From Ramazzottius varieornatus (lineage: Eukaryota > Animalia > Tardigrada), in assembly GCA_001949185.1 (NCBI GenBank), contig BDGG01000002.1, positions 688,387 through 752,386 of the forward strand: 64,000 nucleotides of DNA. The letters run 5' to 3'. Below the pieces are notes generated by a model. It worked only from the letters and a program-made list of their open reading frames with translations. It was not told the origin of the DNA and did no database searches. Shown here piece after piece: positions 48,326-61,300 of the stretch. Position 1 is the first letter of the stretch; every line of letters starts with the position of its first letter. The translations under genes and the position numbers were made by a program.

Positions 48326-49297
48326 TTTCAAACACTTCTCATGCACGAATTTCACAACAGCGTTATGTAATTGTTTAGAGCGAAAGTGACTCGCTGAAAA
48401 AATGGCCGCACATCGGGACTTGGTGGCTCTTTCGTGGCCACGTTGGCGTCTCGTATTTCGCAGACAATAGTGGCGTAGGTGGCCAGCACTTCGAGGAGTT
48501 GCAATATCAACCACAATGACGACGATGATACTCACCAACATATCAGCAAAGGTATTCGCGTAGCAGAAAAGGGCGTGGCGTAGCCGAATGAAATACTGTC
48601 GGTTGATATTCTGCCGATCGGGTAATCCCGGTGGTATCATCACTCTTGGCTGCTGTCGCTGACACTTGCTGGTCCAACTTCAGGTCCGCCATTGGAGAAT
48701 AATTATCAAACTGGTCGGGATCGTTTACCCAAGCGGCGCGCCCCTTCAGCCGGTAACACTTTTAACGTCCGCGACTTGGGAAGACCATATTTTCGAGTTT
48801 GCCTGCAAAGTCCCCCTTCTCCTAATGTAATACAGACCGGAAGTCAGAGTCTCGGAGGGCTTACTTGACTCTCACAGTGCAAACAAAGCGAGAGGCGTAG
48901 CAAAGTCTGCGCGACTGTGCTGGAGGTGTAGCAGTAGACCCATGGCTCCTGTAGATCCCACATGAATCTGTGTTTTCGATTCACATACGCAAAAAATCAG
49001 GGTTTCGAATTAGAATTTCGCTTTGCGCTGGGGACCGAGTCAAGCTGGACTGCGACCACAAGTAAAGCTAGAACGTTTGCGGAAAGATAAGCTGGGCAAA
49101 TGGTTCGTTTTCTCCAGTTTGCTGCCTTATTTCCGTTAACGAACTGATCATTGACCTAACTTGGAGGATCACTTCCGAACTCCATGCACATCGAGGCTGA
49201 TGGTACGGTCTCTGAGGTGCCTGTTTTGGAAGGTGTTTGATATGAAGATAAATCGTCCGCCAGTGTGTATACGTACGATCTGTCACGAAGACTCTCA

Positions 49298-51796
49298 CGA
49301 GGGGATTTTTCCAATCCGCCGCCTCTGATCCTCGAACCGACATCACAGGTGGATGGAGAAGATTTTTCTCTATATAGTCTGAGCCGGAAACCTCGTCATA
49401 TTTCCGTTCCTGGAATAAACTGCAGGAACCGGAAGTTACGTCAAAATTAGGGCGGTACTGTACATTGACCGAGGCACAATCAATAAGTTTGATTGACTCA
49501 TAGTTGATTGGCCAAAATTGATTGTTCCTTCCATCATATGAGCTTGTCGCTGTCGCATGACGCATCTTTTGTTGATTCTCTCCTCCATAATCTTCCCACA
49601 ACACTGCGATGTACTCCGTCAATCCCTTGAACGTGCTCCTGGAAGAGGAATACAAACTCCGGTATCAACCGGACGATGCGCCAAGTGAAGCGGACAAGCA
49701 GCTGAAAGACCTTATCAAAGGTAGGTATTTTTCCGAAGGTTCAGTGCAGAAGTAAGAGGTTTTGTTTCACCGGATTGTTGGAATATTCTAGATCTTAGTG
49801 ACATCAAAATTGCTCGAAGCGACAGTCCTGTGCTGGAGGTTGAAGAGGACTTGCAAGGGGACCTACAGCTCGACGGGCTAACGTTCGACGACTTTGAAAA
49901 GACAGCGGGTGATGCTAACCTGTTGAACGGTAGTGCCGAACGTTATTTCTTCGAAGATGATCGCTTGAACGAGCCCGTTACAAGTGACACTGAACCTTCG
50001 TCCCACGAAATATTTGTTCCGCGACTCCCAGATCGAAGAGTTCCGTCAAGCCAAGCTGTCAATCTTGACTACCAGAAACGTGCTGTTGATTACTGGTGTA
50101 ACGCTACAGCAAAGAAACGGCGGAGCTTGTCTTCAGTCCGAATCCATTTCACAAAAGTTCGGGACGAACGACAGCTAAGAGACTGGAAGAAACAGCTAGC
50201 TGAAGGCGGATCCCGATTCGACAAATTGAAAGTCATTCGCTTGGAGACAGCAAAGCAGTACTTCATGGCCAAGCAGAAGAGACAAGTAGCCAAGGATTTG
50301 GATCTTAAACGATGGGCGATAACCGCGAATGATGATGTGGATCTACCTGGTTTCACCGCTTCGCCGCACTGGGTGTCAAAATTCAAACGGTAATTGATAT
50401 CGTGCAAGAATTTACTTATCGATTTAACGAAGGCAAATCTTCTGTATTTGAACGTCGGCAAACGATTTCACCTGAATCGTTAGATCAAGTAGCGCACGTT
50501 ACCGTACTCAATAAGTGACAGCGGCGCCACTTGAAAAAACGACCTTTTCCAATTTGCTGGCAGTGTTCCGATGACATTTATGCTAGTTTGGCAGGTACTA
50601 CGGAATAGTTGATCGAAAGATAACGAAGTTCTTCACAAAGAAGTCCCTCGAAGCAGCTCCCCAAGTCAAGCAAAGTGCAGAAGAGTGTGTTGCGCTGGTC
50701 AGATCCAGAATAGCGGAGCACGGATTGGACTGTCTTTGGAACACGGATCAGTCAGGATTTGAATATGAGGTGAGGCCCGGGAGAACTTTGAAGCAGAAAG
50801 GCGTGAAACACGTCGAGGCTATAACCCAGTCCGAAAATTCCATGACTCATTCCTATACTGTCATGATGACAATCTCTCCCGGCACACGAAAGTTTCATCC
50901 TATTTTGTTCATCACCCTGAAAGAAGAAAAAGGAGTCTTAGGCCCAATCGTGTCGAAAACGATGTTCAAAGCTGATAACCTGTACATCACTGCGTCGACA
51001 TCGGGAAAAACGACGAAGAAGCTCTACCTCAAATGGTCCGAAAATGTGTTGTTTCCGCATATGGAAGACCGCTGTATCCTTCTGGCTGACTCCTGGAAGA
51101 CGTTCGCCGATCAGGACGCTGTTATCGAACTCAAGCCCGAAGAGCTGCAGTACGAGATGATCACCATACCTCCCAAAGTGACTGGTAGTATCCAGCCGTT
51201 GGATGTTCTGTGCTTCCGGATGTACAAGGGATGTTTCAAAAAGATCTCAAATTTCGTGTTTGTTAATGATGTTCCTGTACATGTCCATCATAGGGACGTA
51301 ATCCTAAAACTTCATTCCTTACTGTATCAGCAGTTTCAGTCACCCAGATTCGAGAACCTAATTGTACGTGCCTGGTTCAAGTCGGGATATACGGATGAAC
51401 GGGTACAGTATGTGAACCCCGCAAGCTTCATGTTCAAGAAGCTGAATGGCCGCTGCATTCATAATAACTGTAAGAATACTGTCCTTCTGGTCTGTGGGTG
51501 GTGCAAAGGTCGCCTCTGTTTTCACCATTTCTATGATGTTCATCATTTCTGTACCATCTACCTGCCTTAATGTTTTTTTGAATTTTCCACTAGATATCTT
51601 TACGAGGACGGAAGTAACAGGTTAACTTGTAGCGCCACCTGTGTTGGAATTTTGACGTAACTTCCGGTTCCTGCAGTTTATTCCAGGAACGGAAATATGA
51701 CCAGGTTTCCGGCTCAGACTATAGAGAAAACTCTTCTCCATCCACCTGTGATGTCGGTTTGAGGATCAGAGGCGGCGGATTGGAAAAATCCCCTCG
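49298..51796 (+). mobile_element. Tc4/Tc5-like DD37D DNA transposon with ~150-bp TIRs and TCA duplication in a CTNAG site
   Basis: 49298-49449 is the near-perfect reverse complement of ~51648-51796. Flanks are c-tca|cgagggg ... cccctcg|tca-g. Confidence 0.92.
49609..51570 (+). CDS. Transposase, 3 exons (49609-49720, 49792-50389, 50595-51570), ~561 aa, open frame
   Basis: Frame-consistent GT-AG splicing. HTH region (FTASPHWVSKFKR), WNTDQSGF, LADSW-37aa-QPLD, C-terminal Cys/His cluster. Confidence 0.85.
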
Positions 51797-51845
51797 TCAG
51801 AAGTCACAAACGAAGTCCGAAGCGTTGACGAGGTGGCGTCACTTG

Positions 51846-52293
51846 CACGAACGACGATATATTATGGGCCAGTAAAAATTACGGGCCAGGCGGGAAAGAC
51901 GGCAAATTCACAATGTGCATGGAAGTCAGAATCAGAAATCGGATAAATGACGTAACGCAGTAAAATTCAACCGTAGAAAATCGTGATGGACAGTAGCCAT
52001 CAGCTGATCAGCTGTTTTATTCTGACGCTTCAACGCTGCTGTCTACTTTCTCCCGGAGAAGCCTTGGACTAATTTGAACTGTTGAAGGTATACGTGTTCC
52101 GGTAAAATGGAGATCTAACTGCTTTAATAAATATGGCAAGGTTTAGCTCTTCGGCCCAATATCCAGCACGTACGTACAGCAGTCCAGCCTTCGATGTTGG
52201 TCTTACTTGTAGCAAGAAATACCTGCCCGTGCTGCCGTAGCGAAAAGGCCTGGCCAGTACTTTTTACTGGCTGATAATATCTCGTCGTGCGTG
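51846..52293. mobile_element. MITE family 2, long copy
   Basis: cacgaacgacgatatattatgggccagtaaaaa ... tttttactggctgataatatctcgtcgtgcgtg|ta. Confidence 0.7.
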
Positions 52294-52637
52294 TACAGCA
52301 CATGTAGGGACTAGCGGTGAAAAGCATGATCTTTCCTCGACTGATATTCACTTCACTTCTGTCCTGTATCGTTTTCGTTTTTATTGATACAGGCAGTTGC
52401 TAGAATTCCAAACGTTTTACTTTGAAAGTTCATCGACACGTATTTCAGGAAGAAGTGTGATGTGAAGTACGATACATAAATGGCGTAACCTGAATGTTAG
52501 GAACAAATGAAGAAACGGCAGAAGCAACCGATGGATCCAACTTGATAAAGTATAGTTCAAAGTGCAGGTTGTATCACACGAAGCAGGCGCATGCCACATC
52601 CGGTTGATCGAGAAATTGCAAGCTGAGGTTTAGTCCC

Positions 52638-53303
52638 TTAGCTCTTGGCTTGGACTATGACGGGTTGGACGATGGGTTTGCAACATCTCAGCTTGTACCC
52701 GCTCCAGCAGCAAGCGCCATCTCCGCAGGCACTCTTTTCCATCTCGTTCTCACCAGACTCGCATCCCATCTGACAGAATGGGGCCGTTCCCACCTGAAAG
52801 TGCCATTTCACAATACGTTTCGGCCCCGAAGAAAATCTCGAAGCTCGGCATACAAACTTGATACGATTGTCCCCCCCGCCCAACTGGCGCACTTTCTCGG
52901 TCTTATAGGCCGAAAGCGTGCGCCAGTCGGAAAGCAATCTTGCTCAGTTTAATTGTTTCCTCAAGTGACGCACGCTTTCAGCCGAAAGCGTGCACCACTT
53001 GAGAAAAACGATCTCATGAGTTTGACGGTTTTTCCAAGTAGCGTACTTTCCTCGTGTTTGTTGCCTGAACGAGTGCGTCACTTGAGAAAACGATCTGGTC
53101 GAATGTGATTGCCGTGGCCACACTTTGACCAAGACACTGAGTTCGCTTTCTGGTCGAAGGAAAGGCAATTCAGAGCTGAAACTTACCCATCGGCAAGTTT
53201 GTCCACTGGCCGCTGCAGCCGCCGCTGCAAGTAAATCGGCCGATTCGCACTGAAGAGCCAGCATGGCGACAACGAGAATAATTCCGGCCTTGACGTAATG
53301 CAT
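52638..53303 (-). CDS. Small secreted cysteine-rich peptide, 90 aa, exons 53303-53187 and 52793-52638
   Basis: Signal-peptide-like MHYVKAGIILVVAMLALQCESA. The phase-0 splice gives CRWVGTAPFCQMGCESGENEMEKSACGDGACCWSGYKLRCCKP. TATA-like sequence upstream. Confidence 0.8.
52840..53115. repeat. Family 1 copy with three modules, filling the peptide-gene intron
   Basis: Three successive aa(c/g)tg(g/a)cgcac...gtgc..cactt hairpins. Confidence 0.85.
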
Positions 53304-53844
53304 TGTAAAGGGGTTTTGGGGAATCGTAAAAGGGAAGCTCTATCGAGAAAGTTGAAACTGGTGGCGAGTTAAAGCCGTTGTTTATAAATATAGCATGCAA
53401 TGCGGAAGTGAGAAATGCGAAACTGAAGTGCTTTGAAGGATGTGGAACGGAGTACCGTGAGACTTTCTGCCGGTTTTTGTCGTCTGGCGGTGTTGGTAGG
53501 GTAGTTGGACTTTAGCCTGTGGGCAGTGCTATTCGTGGCTACTTCGCGGCTGAGTCACTATTATGCAGGCTTGGCTGCCTTTCCACGGGTAAATGTTTAC
53601 GCGCTGTTTCCGAAATTTGTGGAAATGAACTGGGTGAGCACATCAGCAACCGCGGTCTACACGGGTAGCATGGCAAAGGGCTTATCAACAATCGCTGATC
53701 TTTGTCACTTCCACAGGAGAGCAGCTTGACCATCTGTTCTACAGTAGTTCAGCAACGTGGCGCCAAAGGTTATTTTTGCAGCGACGGGAGCGATGAAAAA
53801 TCTGGATGGGATCCGGGCGAATAATTACAACCTCGACAAAACCG

Positions 53845-54012
53845 CTCTTCGAAGTGGCGCATGCTTTCACCTGGTACGGCCGAAAATGTGCGCCACTTGA
53901 GCAGACATACAAACTCGACAAAATCGCTTTTCGAAGTGCGGCACGGTGCCAACCAGTAATACCGAGGATGTGCGTCAGTTGGGAAAACAATCATGTCGAG
54001 CTTATTTGCTGA
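53845..54012. repeat. Family 1 copy (apparently intergenic)
   Basis: aagtggcgcatg..tgtgcgccacttg..aaactcgacaaaatcg. Confidence 0.75.
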
Positions 54013-55333
54013 ACTTCCATACGCTCCGTTCAAAGTACGAGGTAAACTCCACAATTCGGGCGGGCCAATTTTCCCATCATAATTCGGGCGGCGCGAAAAG
54101 TTGATACCTTATTCACTATGCTGTATTGATTGATCATCGTGCATCGGTTGATACAACACTTGCCTTTTCAACATTGAGCAGACCCCTCTTCCTCTCACCG
54201 CTGACTCCTCAACTTCGTGACGTCTTCCTATCTCTAGAACTATCACGAGAGATAGAAGAGTGTCTGTTCTGGCCCGGCGAACAAAAACTAGAGGATTTGG
54301 AGCAGAAAGAGCAGAGATACAGACCGCCCGAATTGTGATGGGAAATTCGGTCCGACCGAGTTGTGGAGTTTACCTCGTAAAGGAAGTTGGCAGCACCGTT
54401 GAACATCGATTCTATCATTGAACAAAAAGAAAACATAATTGCACTCTGAACAAGTGTATGACGTGTCCATGCCGATGGCAGCTTGAGACATTCGAGCACT
54501 CCAACCCTGAAAACAGTTCGCTGGCGTTTTTTTCAGCGCTGACTGGATTCTCCGTGGCGCACTTAATCACAACGAAAACCTTATGACGAGGCAACCGTTG
54601 TGTGCACTTTTGGTCCTCAAACTTCCGCTTCTGAACTTTTGCGACAGCATTTCTTCCTGATGCTGTCTTGAAGACGCGAGAAAGTCCTTCACGTTTTGCC
54701 TTGACTGCACAATCAATTTCTTCAGTCGAAACCCACGACCTAGCTAGGCTAGAAACCCATCAGCTGTGCTGTAGTAGGCTTGAATACGTCCAATATATAC
54801 GTTGTGTCGTGGTCTTGATAAAGTTGTGGGTCGAAGAAAGAGAGAGCCACTCCGTTAGTCAGCGCAGTCAGCACTGAACCTGATCATCAGGAAGCCCTTG
54901 TATGATAACACGCGCAGGCCAGCCTCAACGAGCGAGCACCGGTACGTCGCGGTGATGTCAACGCGGTTGGCTGTTGTTCGCCGTCGGCTACTGGAGCACC
55001 TCTAGATCTACCGTCAGGCACCACACTGGGCTCTTGTATGATCGCAATCCGGATGTACACGCGCGTGGATCCTCGTTCAGGTTTCTGCGACGGCTATTTT
55101 CGATTACACACTGTACCAGCTACCGTTATTAAACCATCCCCACATACCGGCCATACCGGCCACTTGCGTAAAACCCTCTTACTCTCTATCCGTCGAATTC
55201 CGCTAGACTAAATATTGTCATCTGTTTGACGGCATTCCACCAGCTCTGTTCCTGGTTGTGCTGTATTTTTCTAAGAATTTTTCATCTGACCATGGCGACG
55301 ACTTGAACGATAGTGGCGGAAGAGGAGCCGGAT

Positions 55334-58300
55334 ATGTCGCGTCGAGAGCCGGGACATATGCGAGAGCTCTTTCGGAAGAAGAGTCAGCGCGACTGGAACC
55401 GCATCCGCAACAACCTAGTCCGGCGCTCCAGGAAGCAACGACCTGGTGATGGACGGCCTGGTGCCGCTGTTGGTATAGAGGATAACCCACCAGGAAATGG
55501 CCAACATGTTAACGACGCCTACAATGACGCTGGAATACACGTAAGCTACCTACTGCTCCCACTCCTTTATGCTTTTCCTAGGTTTTTTTCTCAAAATTTA
55601 AACATCGGGCGCAAATAAGAAATTCAAGAATTTCCGGTCAACTCATACCGTCAGGTCAACAGTCTCATCTCAGTGGTCTCACATTTTTCCTATCGGTACA
55701 ACCGTAGTGCAACGGAATCCCAAGTTCTTTACCACCCGCCATATCGGCATTTGTTTACGAAATTTTCTTGATAACCCCAGCTTTAACTGCACTGAAATCG
55801 TGCGGTCATTACCTGGGAGCTCGGCAAACAAACTGGACAAGATCGTTTTGCCAAGTGGCGCACGTGTACAGCTAATGGCACTGGACACATGCGCAGGCAA
55901 GATCGGCAAGTTCGTTTTTCCATGTGGCGCGCGCTTCCAGTGTTGTTAGCTGAAAGCAAGCGCCTTTCTGGAAAAATGGGCTTGTCGTCTTCCACTTCTG
56001 GGAACGCCGGAGTCCCGCGAAAGCAGTTTGGAGGATTAATGTGAGCCTGTTCTTGAGGACCGGGGGTATAAGACGTCCGTGTAACCTTGAAGATCTCCAC
56101 TGGGTTTACGGCGCCTCTCTAGCGTGTGGATGCGATTGCATAATGGCAGCTCAGTAACGCGTTGTGAATGTGTGTATGGTTGGCGAGTGTTGAGATGGGG
56201 TCTTGTACTCAACGTATACGGCAGTTACGTGATGGAGGAGTAAAGTAAACAGACGCGAACTTGATTGACCAGGCCGATCTTGAGGAGCTCATGCCCGCCA
56301 GCTTAACCGTTCAACAAGCTGTCTGTTCGCGTCATCGCCATCTTCCCGATCCCGCTTAATGATTCAAGCTCATCATGAGCATCTCTGCCAACGTTGCATC
56401 GACAAAGCTGCGTGACAGTCGGGCAGGAGTTGACCAGAACGGCCAGTCCACGCACCAAGCAGAGTAGAGCACTTGGGTCTCGTGTGAAAGTGGACCTTCA
56501 CAAGTAGTCGCAGTGGTTGACCAAAGTACTGTATTCTCCGTTAACATTTGTCCCATAACAAATTCATCAAAACTCTGTCACCATCAAATTCGGAATTTTG
56601 AATCTACAGTACTGCAGGCAAACAAATTTGGCAAGATCGTTGTTACAAGGGGCGCACTCGTCCAGCAAAACAACAAGAGAAGGTGCGCCACTTGGGCAAA
56701 ACATTCAAACTCGACAAGATCGTTTTTCTAAAGCGGCGCGCTATTTCAGCTAAAAGCAGTGAACAGCGCGCCAGTTTGAATAATAATTCCGGGATTTTGC
56801 GGGATATCGCCAGGAAACTCTTTTTTCCCAGCATTTTTTTCTCGTGTGTTATTTTCACAGTGAGTAACAAAAAGATTGATCATCACATCTAGCAAAAACG
56901 TTACAGTATGTCGACGTCCTTGGTGTGCTGACAGCAGCAGAAATAAAACAAATAATGCAGATGAGTTCGCGACGTGAGGAGCGATGCGGGTCGCCTTAAC
57001 GTGTAAATCTGGCCGAGATATATTCCACCGGAAATGCCGAACGGCAGTTTTTTCAACAATGCCCTACATTCCCTCCTGTCAAAAGCAACAATACCCTCAC
57101 TGCCAAATATACCGATCGATTTCATAACTACCCTTTATGTCCAAAACACCAACACTTCACTTTGACAATGGTCCGCCGTTCTGTATGGAGATTACGGTTG
57201 TCGCAACCCTTTCACTACCGTCTCGTGTTAGGCACGGAAAGGTTTTCGTTACTCCTTCTAGTCAGTCATGTGCAACAACGGGAGCGCGCCAAGGCCGTTT
57301 CTTTAGGTGGCGCACGATGATGGTGTTACAGACCGGGCGCGTGCGCCACTTTGAAAGAGCGACCCTTTCCAATTTGATCCTTCTTCTCTTAAATGGCGCA
57401 GGTTTTCGGTGGTATCAGATGGCAGGTTGCGCCACTTCAAAAACCGATCTTGTCGAAATCGTCTGTCGAGCTCCCAAACAAAGACTTGAATAGCTGCAGA
57501 GCTTATGTTAGAATATCCGAAAATGTAGAGAAGTCACCGAAGATCGAACGAGCTCGTCAGACATGTGAAATAGACGACACATGTCATACTGCTTGTCTGT
57601 TCCCAATATCAGCTTCAAGGAAGTATCCTTTTACATCACACACACGTTTCCGTAAAACAAGAATGCCAGTCATGAGATATTATCATATCTTGGTCGTCAA
57701 ATAAACAATCTCGTTTCTGTCCGTTTGAACTAAAATATTGTCATGAGACGTCGCCGGACAAACTCGTTTACTCGGGTTGTCTGTTTCATTGACGGAGCAC
57801 AAGAAATCTTCACCTTTCGAACACATCTAGAAGTGCACATTATTCTAGCGATTTCTTCTGTGTTATTTAGGATGAAGACAAAACTGGCAACTACAATCAT
57901 CAGCGGAGCAGCGATGTCGACCTGCATTCACAGTACGACACAGCCTCCGGCATGCACAATATGCGAACGACGGGACCGCTGGCCAACGGCGACCTCCCTG
58001 TGGAGGACAGTTCGGCGACCGGCATACATGCGGGTCGCGCAACGGAGAAGTAAGGTTTACATTGGATCAACAACACACCACACGTTCGTGGCGCGGCTAC
58101 TCAAACACATCACCAAACTTTGCTGGTCAAGAGATGTCACTGCTGAATTAACCCGCAGGGCACTTTAGCGGTCAATTTCCTTCGCAATTAAAATTTTAAT
58201 TATAAACTCCATGAGAATTTGATTGTCTGTCGGACAGTCACGCTGGATCAAAAGCTGGGCAAAGAAACGAACCGATCGTGTTATTGGTATTCAGCGGCGC

Positions 58301-61300
58301 TATTTCCCAGTTTTATCATCTCACAGCGTGCGCCACTTGTAAAAGCAATCTTACCGAGCTCGATTCTTCTCACAATGGCGCATGTTCTGATTGTTGTTAG
58401 CTGACTATTTGCGTCACTTCAGAGAACAATCTTGTCGAGTTTGACTGCTTTCTCAAGTGGCCCACATTCTCAGCACTACTGGCCAGAAACGTGGGCCACT
58501 TGGGATGACGATCTTGTGTGTTTTGTTGGCCGGCCTCCCATATCTAATTGTCAAGTTCATGAGAATGTCCTTGTCCGTTGGACAGTCAAACTGATCAACG
58601 TTGAACGCACACACCTTGTTCGTAGTGACATTCGCGGCTGGGATGTGTTCCGGTCAGTGCCAAACGCCGTCGAGAATACCCAACGCTCTTCGCAGTGCAT
58701 CGAGGTTTCCCTCCAGATTCTCAAAGCTGCTGTCCATATCATCACCTTCCTTCTAGTCCTCATCTCCGCTGTGATATCCAAATCAGCTCTCCTACTCATG
58801 ACGTCTCAAATGCAGCCGGGGAAGACCATTACTTCCTCATGCAAACGAGCAGGTCAATAAGAGTCGGCCAAACGCAAATAAAAAACTTGGTGCTAAAATC
58901 CTCACCCGCTATTTTCACGCAGGTACTTTTCCCCAACCGACGGCCGAGGCGGTCTTTTGGCGGTGGATACTCCTCTTTTCATACTGGGTTCCGCAGCTCT
59001 TCACCTTCCTTTCCTGTCTTCGGCACTTCTTCTTCAAGAAAAACAAACGCCCTCCCATCGGACTGTTTCTCATGGTATGAATCAAACGTATTATTAGAAA
59101 ATTACCGTAATCCGCAGGTGGGTGTTAACCTCACACTAGAAGATATATCCACCTCTTAAGATATATCCATCTGACAAACATCTCAGATACTCCTAATATT
59201 TACTCTTGCTAGCATTTCCAGTGGAGATAAAGTTTTACCAATTTTGATTATTGTTCTTGCATTTCCATTGTTTCCATAAAATTGTTTTTATTGACTTTTT
59301 TAGTTTTCTTTGTATAATCTGTTTTCAGTGTGAAGATATTGTTCTCGCAGACTTTTATGATGGAGACTTTGCACACAATCGGTCTGGGCACCCTCTTCTT
59401 CCAAGTGCTGCCATCGCTGGACGCCGTCAAAGGCGCCATGCTGACCAACTGCCTGTGCATCGTCCCGGCCATCCTGCAGTTCTTCGCTCGTACCCGCAAC
59501 GAGTCGCGTCGCTTGCTCAAGTTTATTCTCGACATGCTAGCCCTAGCCGCTCAAGTCTCCGGGGTCGTCCTGTGGCCCCTCGCTCTAGCCGACGTCAAGG
59601 ACTTCTGGCTGTGGCCTCTGGCCTTCGTCCTGGCTTCCATCCCCTGGTGGGAGAACTACCTCTGTCGGGCCGACTCCTCTTTCGCCTTCGTCCGCGCACT
59701 GGCCACCCGCAAAGAACGACTAAGAAGGTCGCGCTATGTCACCTACCTCTTCCTGTCCATATGGAAAGGCTTGGTCATGCTGGGGACTATGACAGTCTGG
59801 GGTCACTATACACTCGGTGCAGCGACTCTGTACAACTTCACAGCTACTCCATTCAAACATACAGTAATGCCAATCACCACCACGCTAAAGACGAATTTAG
59901 TGGGAAATACCACGACCGCAGCGCCCTCTGCCAAACAGCAAACCAGCTTACTTTTCAGCTACATCTCTCTGTGGGTTTTCGTGGTGCAGGTCGTGGCCAG
60001 TTACGTCTGTTACCAGACGGCCAAGTTCGCCTGTAAGATTGGCATGCAGCGGTTCTCCTTCGCCTTCCCCTTGAGTCTGACGGTGCCGGTGGTGGTGTCG
60101 GTCTTGATCACCGTGTGTGGGGTCAGAGCGACGGATGGATGCTTCTTGACTAATATCCTCCCCGAGTCGGTGTACTGGACCTGCTTCCAGGGAGACGTCA
60201 TACAGGACCTCTTCTTCAGGGATCAGACCTGGGTGTGGATATTGTGGCTCTTTTCACAAACGTGGATCACCCTGCATATATGGATGCCCAAAGCTGAACG
60301 ACTGGCAAAAACTGACCGGTAACTTTAACATCAAGATCGCTTTTGCAAGTGGCGGATGCTTTAAGCTAATATCGCTGAAGACGAGCGCCATTTGGGAAAG
60401 CAGTCAAAATCGACAAGATCGTTGTTCAAAGTGGCGCACGCTTTCGCCTAACAGCACTGTCAATGTGCGCCACTTGGAAAAAGGGTCTTCTCGAGTTTGG
60501 TTGTCGAGCTTCCAAATGTATCGTAAGTTGAACGTCGCGTTTTCATTGCTTTTATGTTCCGAACACACATTGCTTTTTTCCTACAGGTTGTTTATTACTC
60601 CAATGTACGAAGGGTTGCTGGTGGATCAGTCGTTAGCGTTAAACCGAAGGATGGACGACGATCCGGACGTCAAAGTTGACGTAAGCGTTAGTTTCTCTCC
60701 TCTAGATCGGGCAGTGACTGCTGGTAGGGTAGCAGTTTGGATTGTAGGAGCTGGTGAAGAGGATAGAGGACAAGCCGGTCATCGGGGACGACATGTACGA
60801 AACACCGGGTGTCGATAAGTTACGTCCCGGCGTGGACGACGCCGGTAAAGGCTTCGATTCGGTGACCAAGATCTTTGCTTGCGCCACCATGTGGCACGAA
60901 ACCACGTCCGAAATGATGCAAGTCCTCAAGTCCATCATGCGAATGGACGAAGACCAGTCGGCCCGACGCAACGCTCTGCAGTTCATCAGCGGCGTCGACC
61001 CTGACTACTACGAGTTCGAAGGTACCACCAGCTATCCTTAAATCCTCGACTAGTATAAAATTCAGAAACAGTCTTATTTGCCTTTTTGAGAACGGTATAA
61101 AAGGGGCACACTCTCTCAGCTAGTACCACCGGGAACGTGCGCCACTTGAAATAGCGATCAAGCTGGACAATGTACTTCCCCAAGTGACGCAGGCTTCCAG
61201 TCGATATCAGTGGAAAGTGCGCCACTTGGGAACATACTTTCTAGTTTGTTCACTTGCTGCTTGTGTTCGGAATTCCTGAGCTGTTTCTCTCCACATTAGG

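Noticed and set aside
51628-51650. CTCF-like site (CAGGTGGCGCTA), and resemblance of family 1 arms to it
   Set aside because: Partial match only; most family 1 arms read AAGTGGCGC and function cannot be supported from sequence.
52840-53115. Family 1 as a CRISPR-like array (conserved repeats with variable ~20-nt inserts)
   Set aside because: Eukaryotic intronic context, only 1-3 units per locus, loops appear mutually related and no cas genes; better explained as a foldback/MITE-type repeat.
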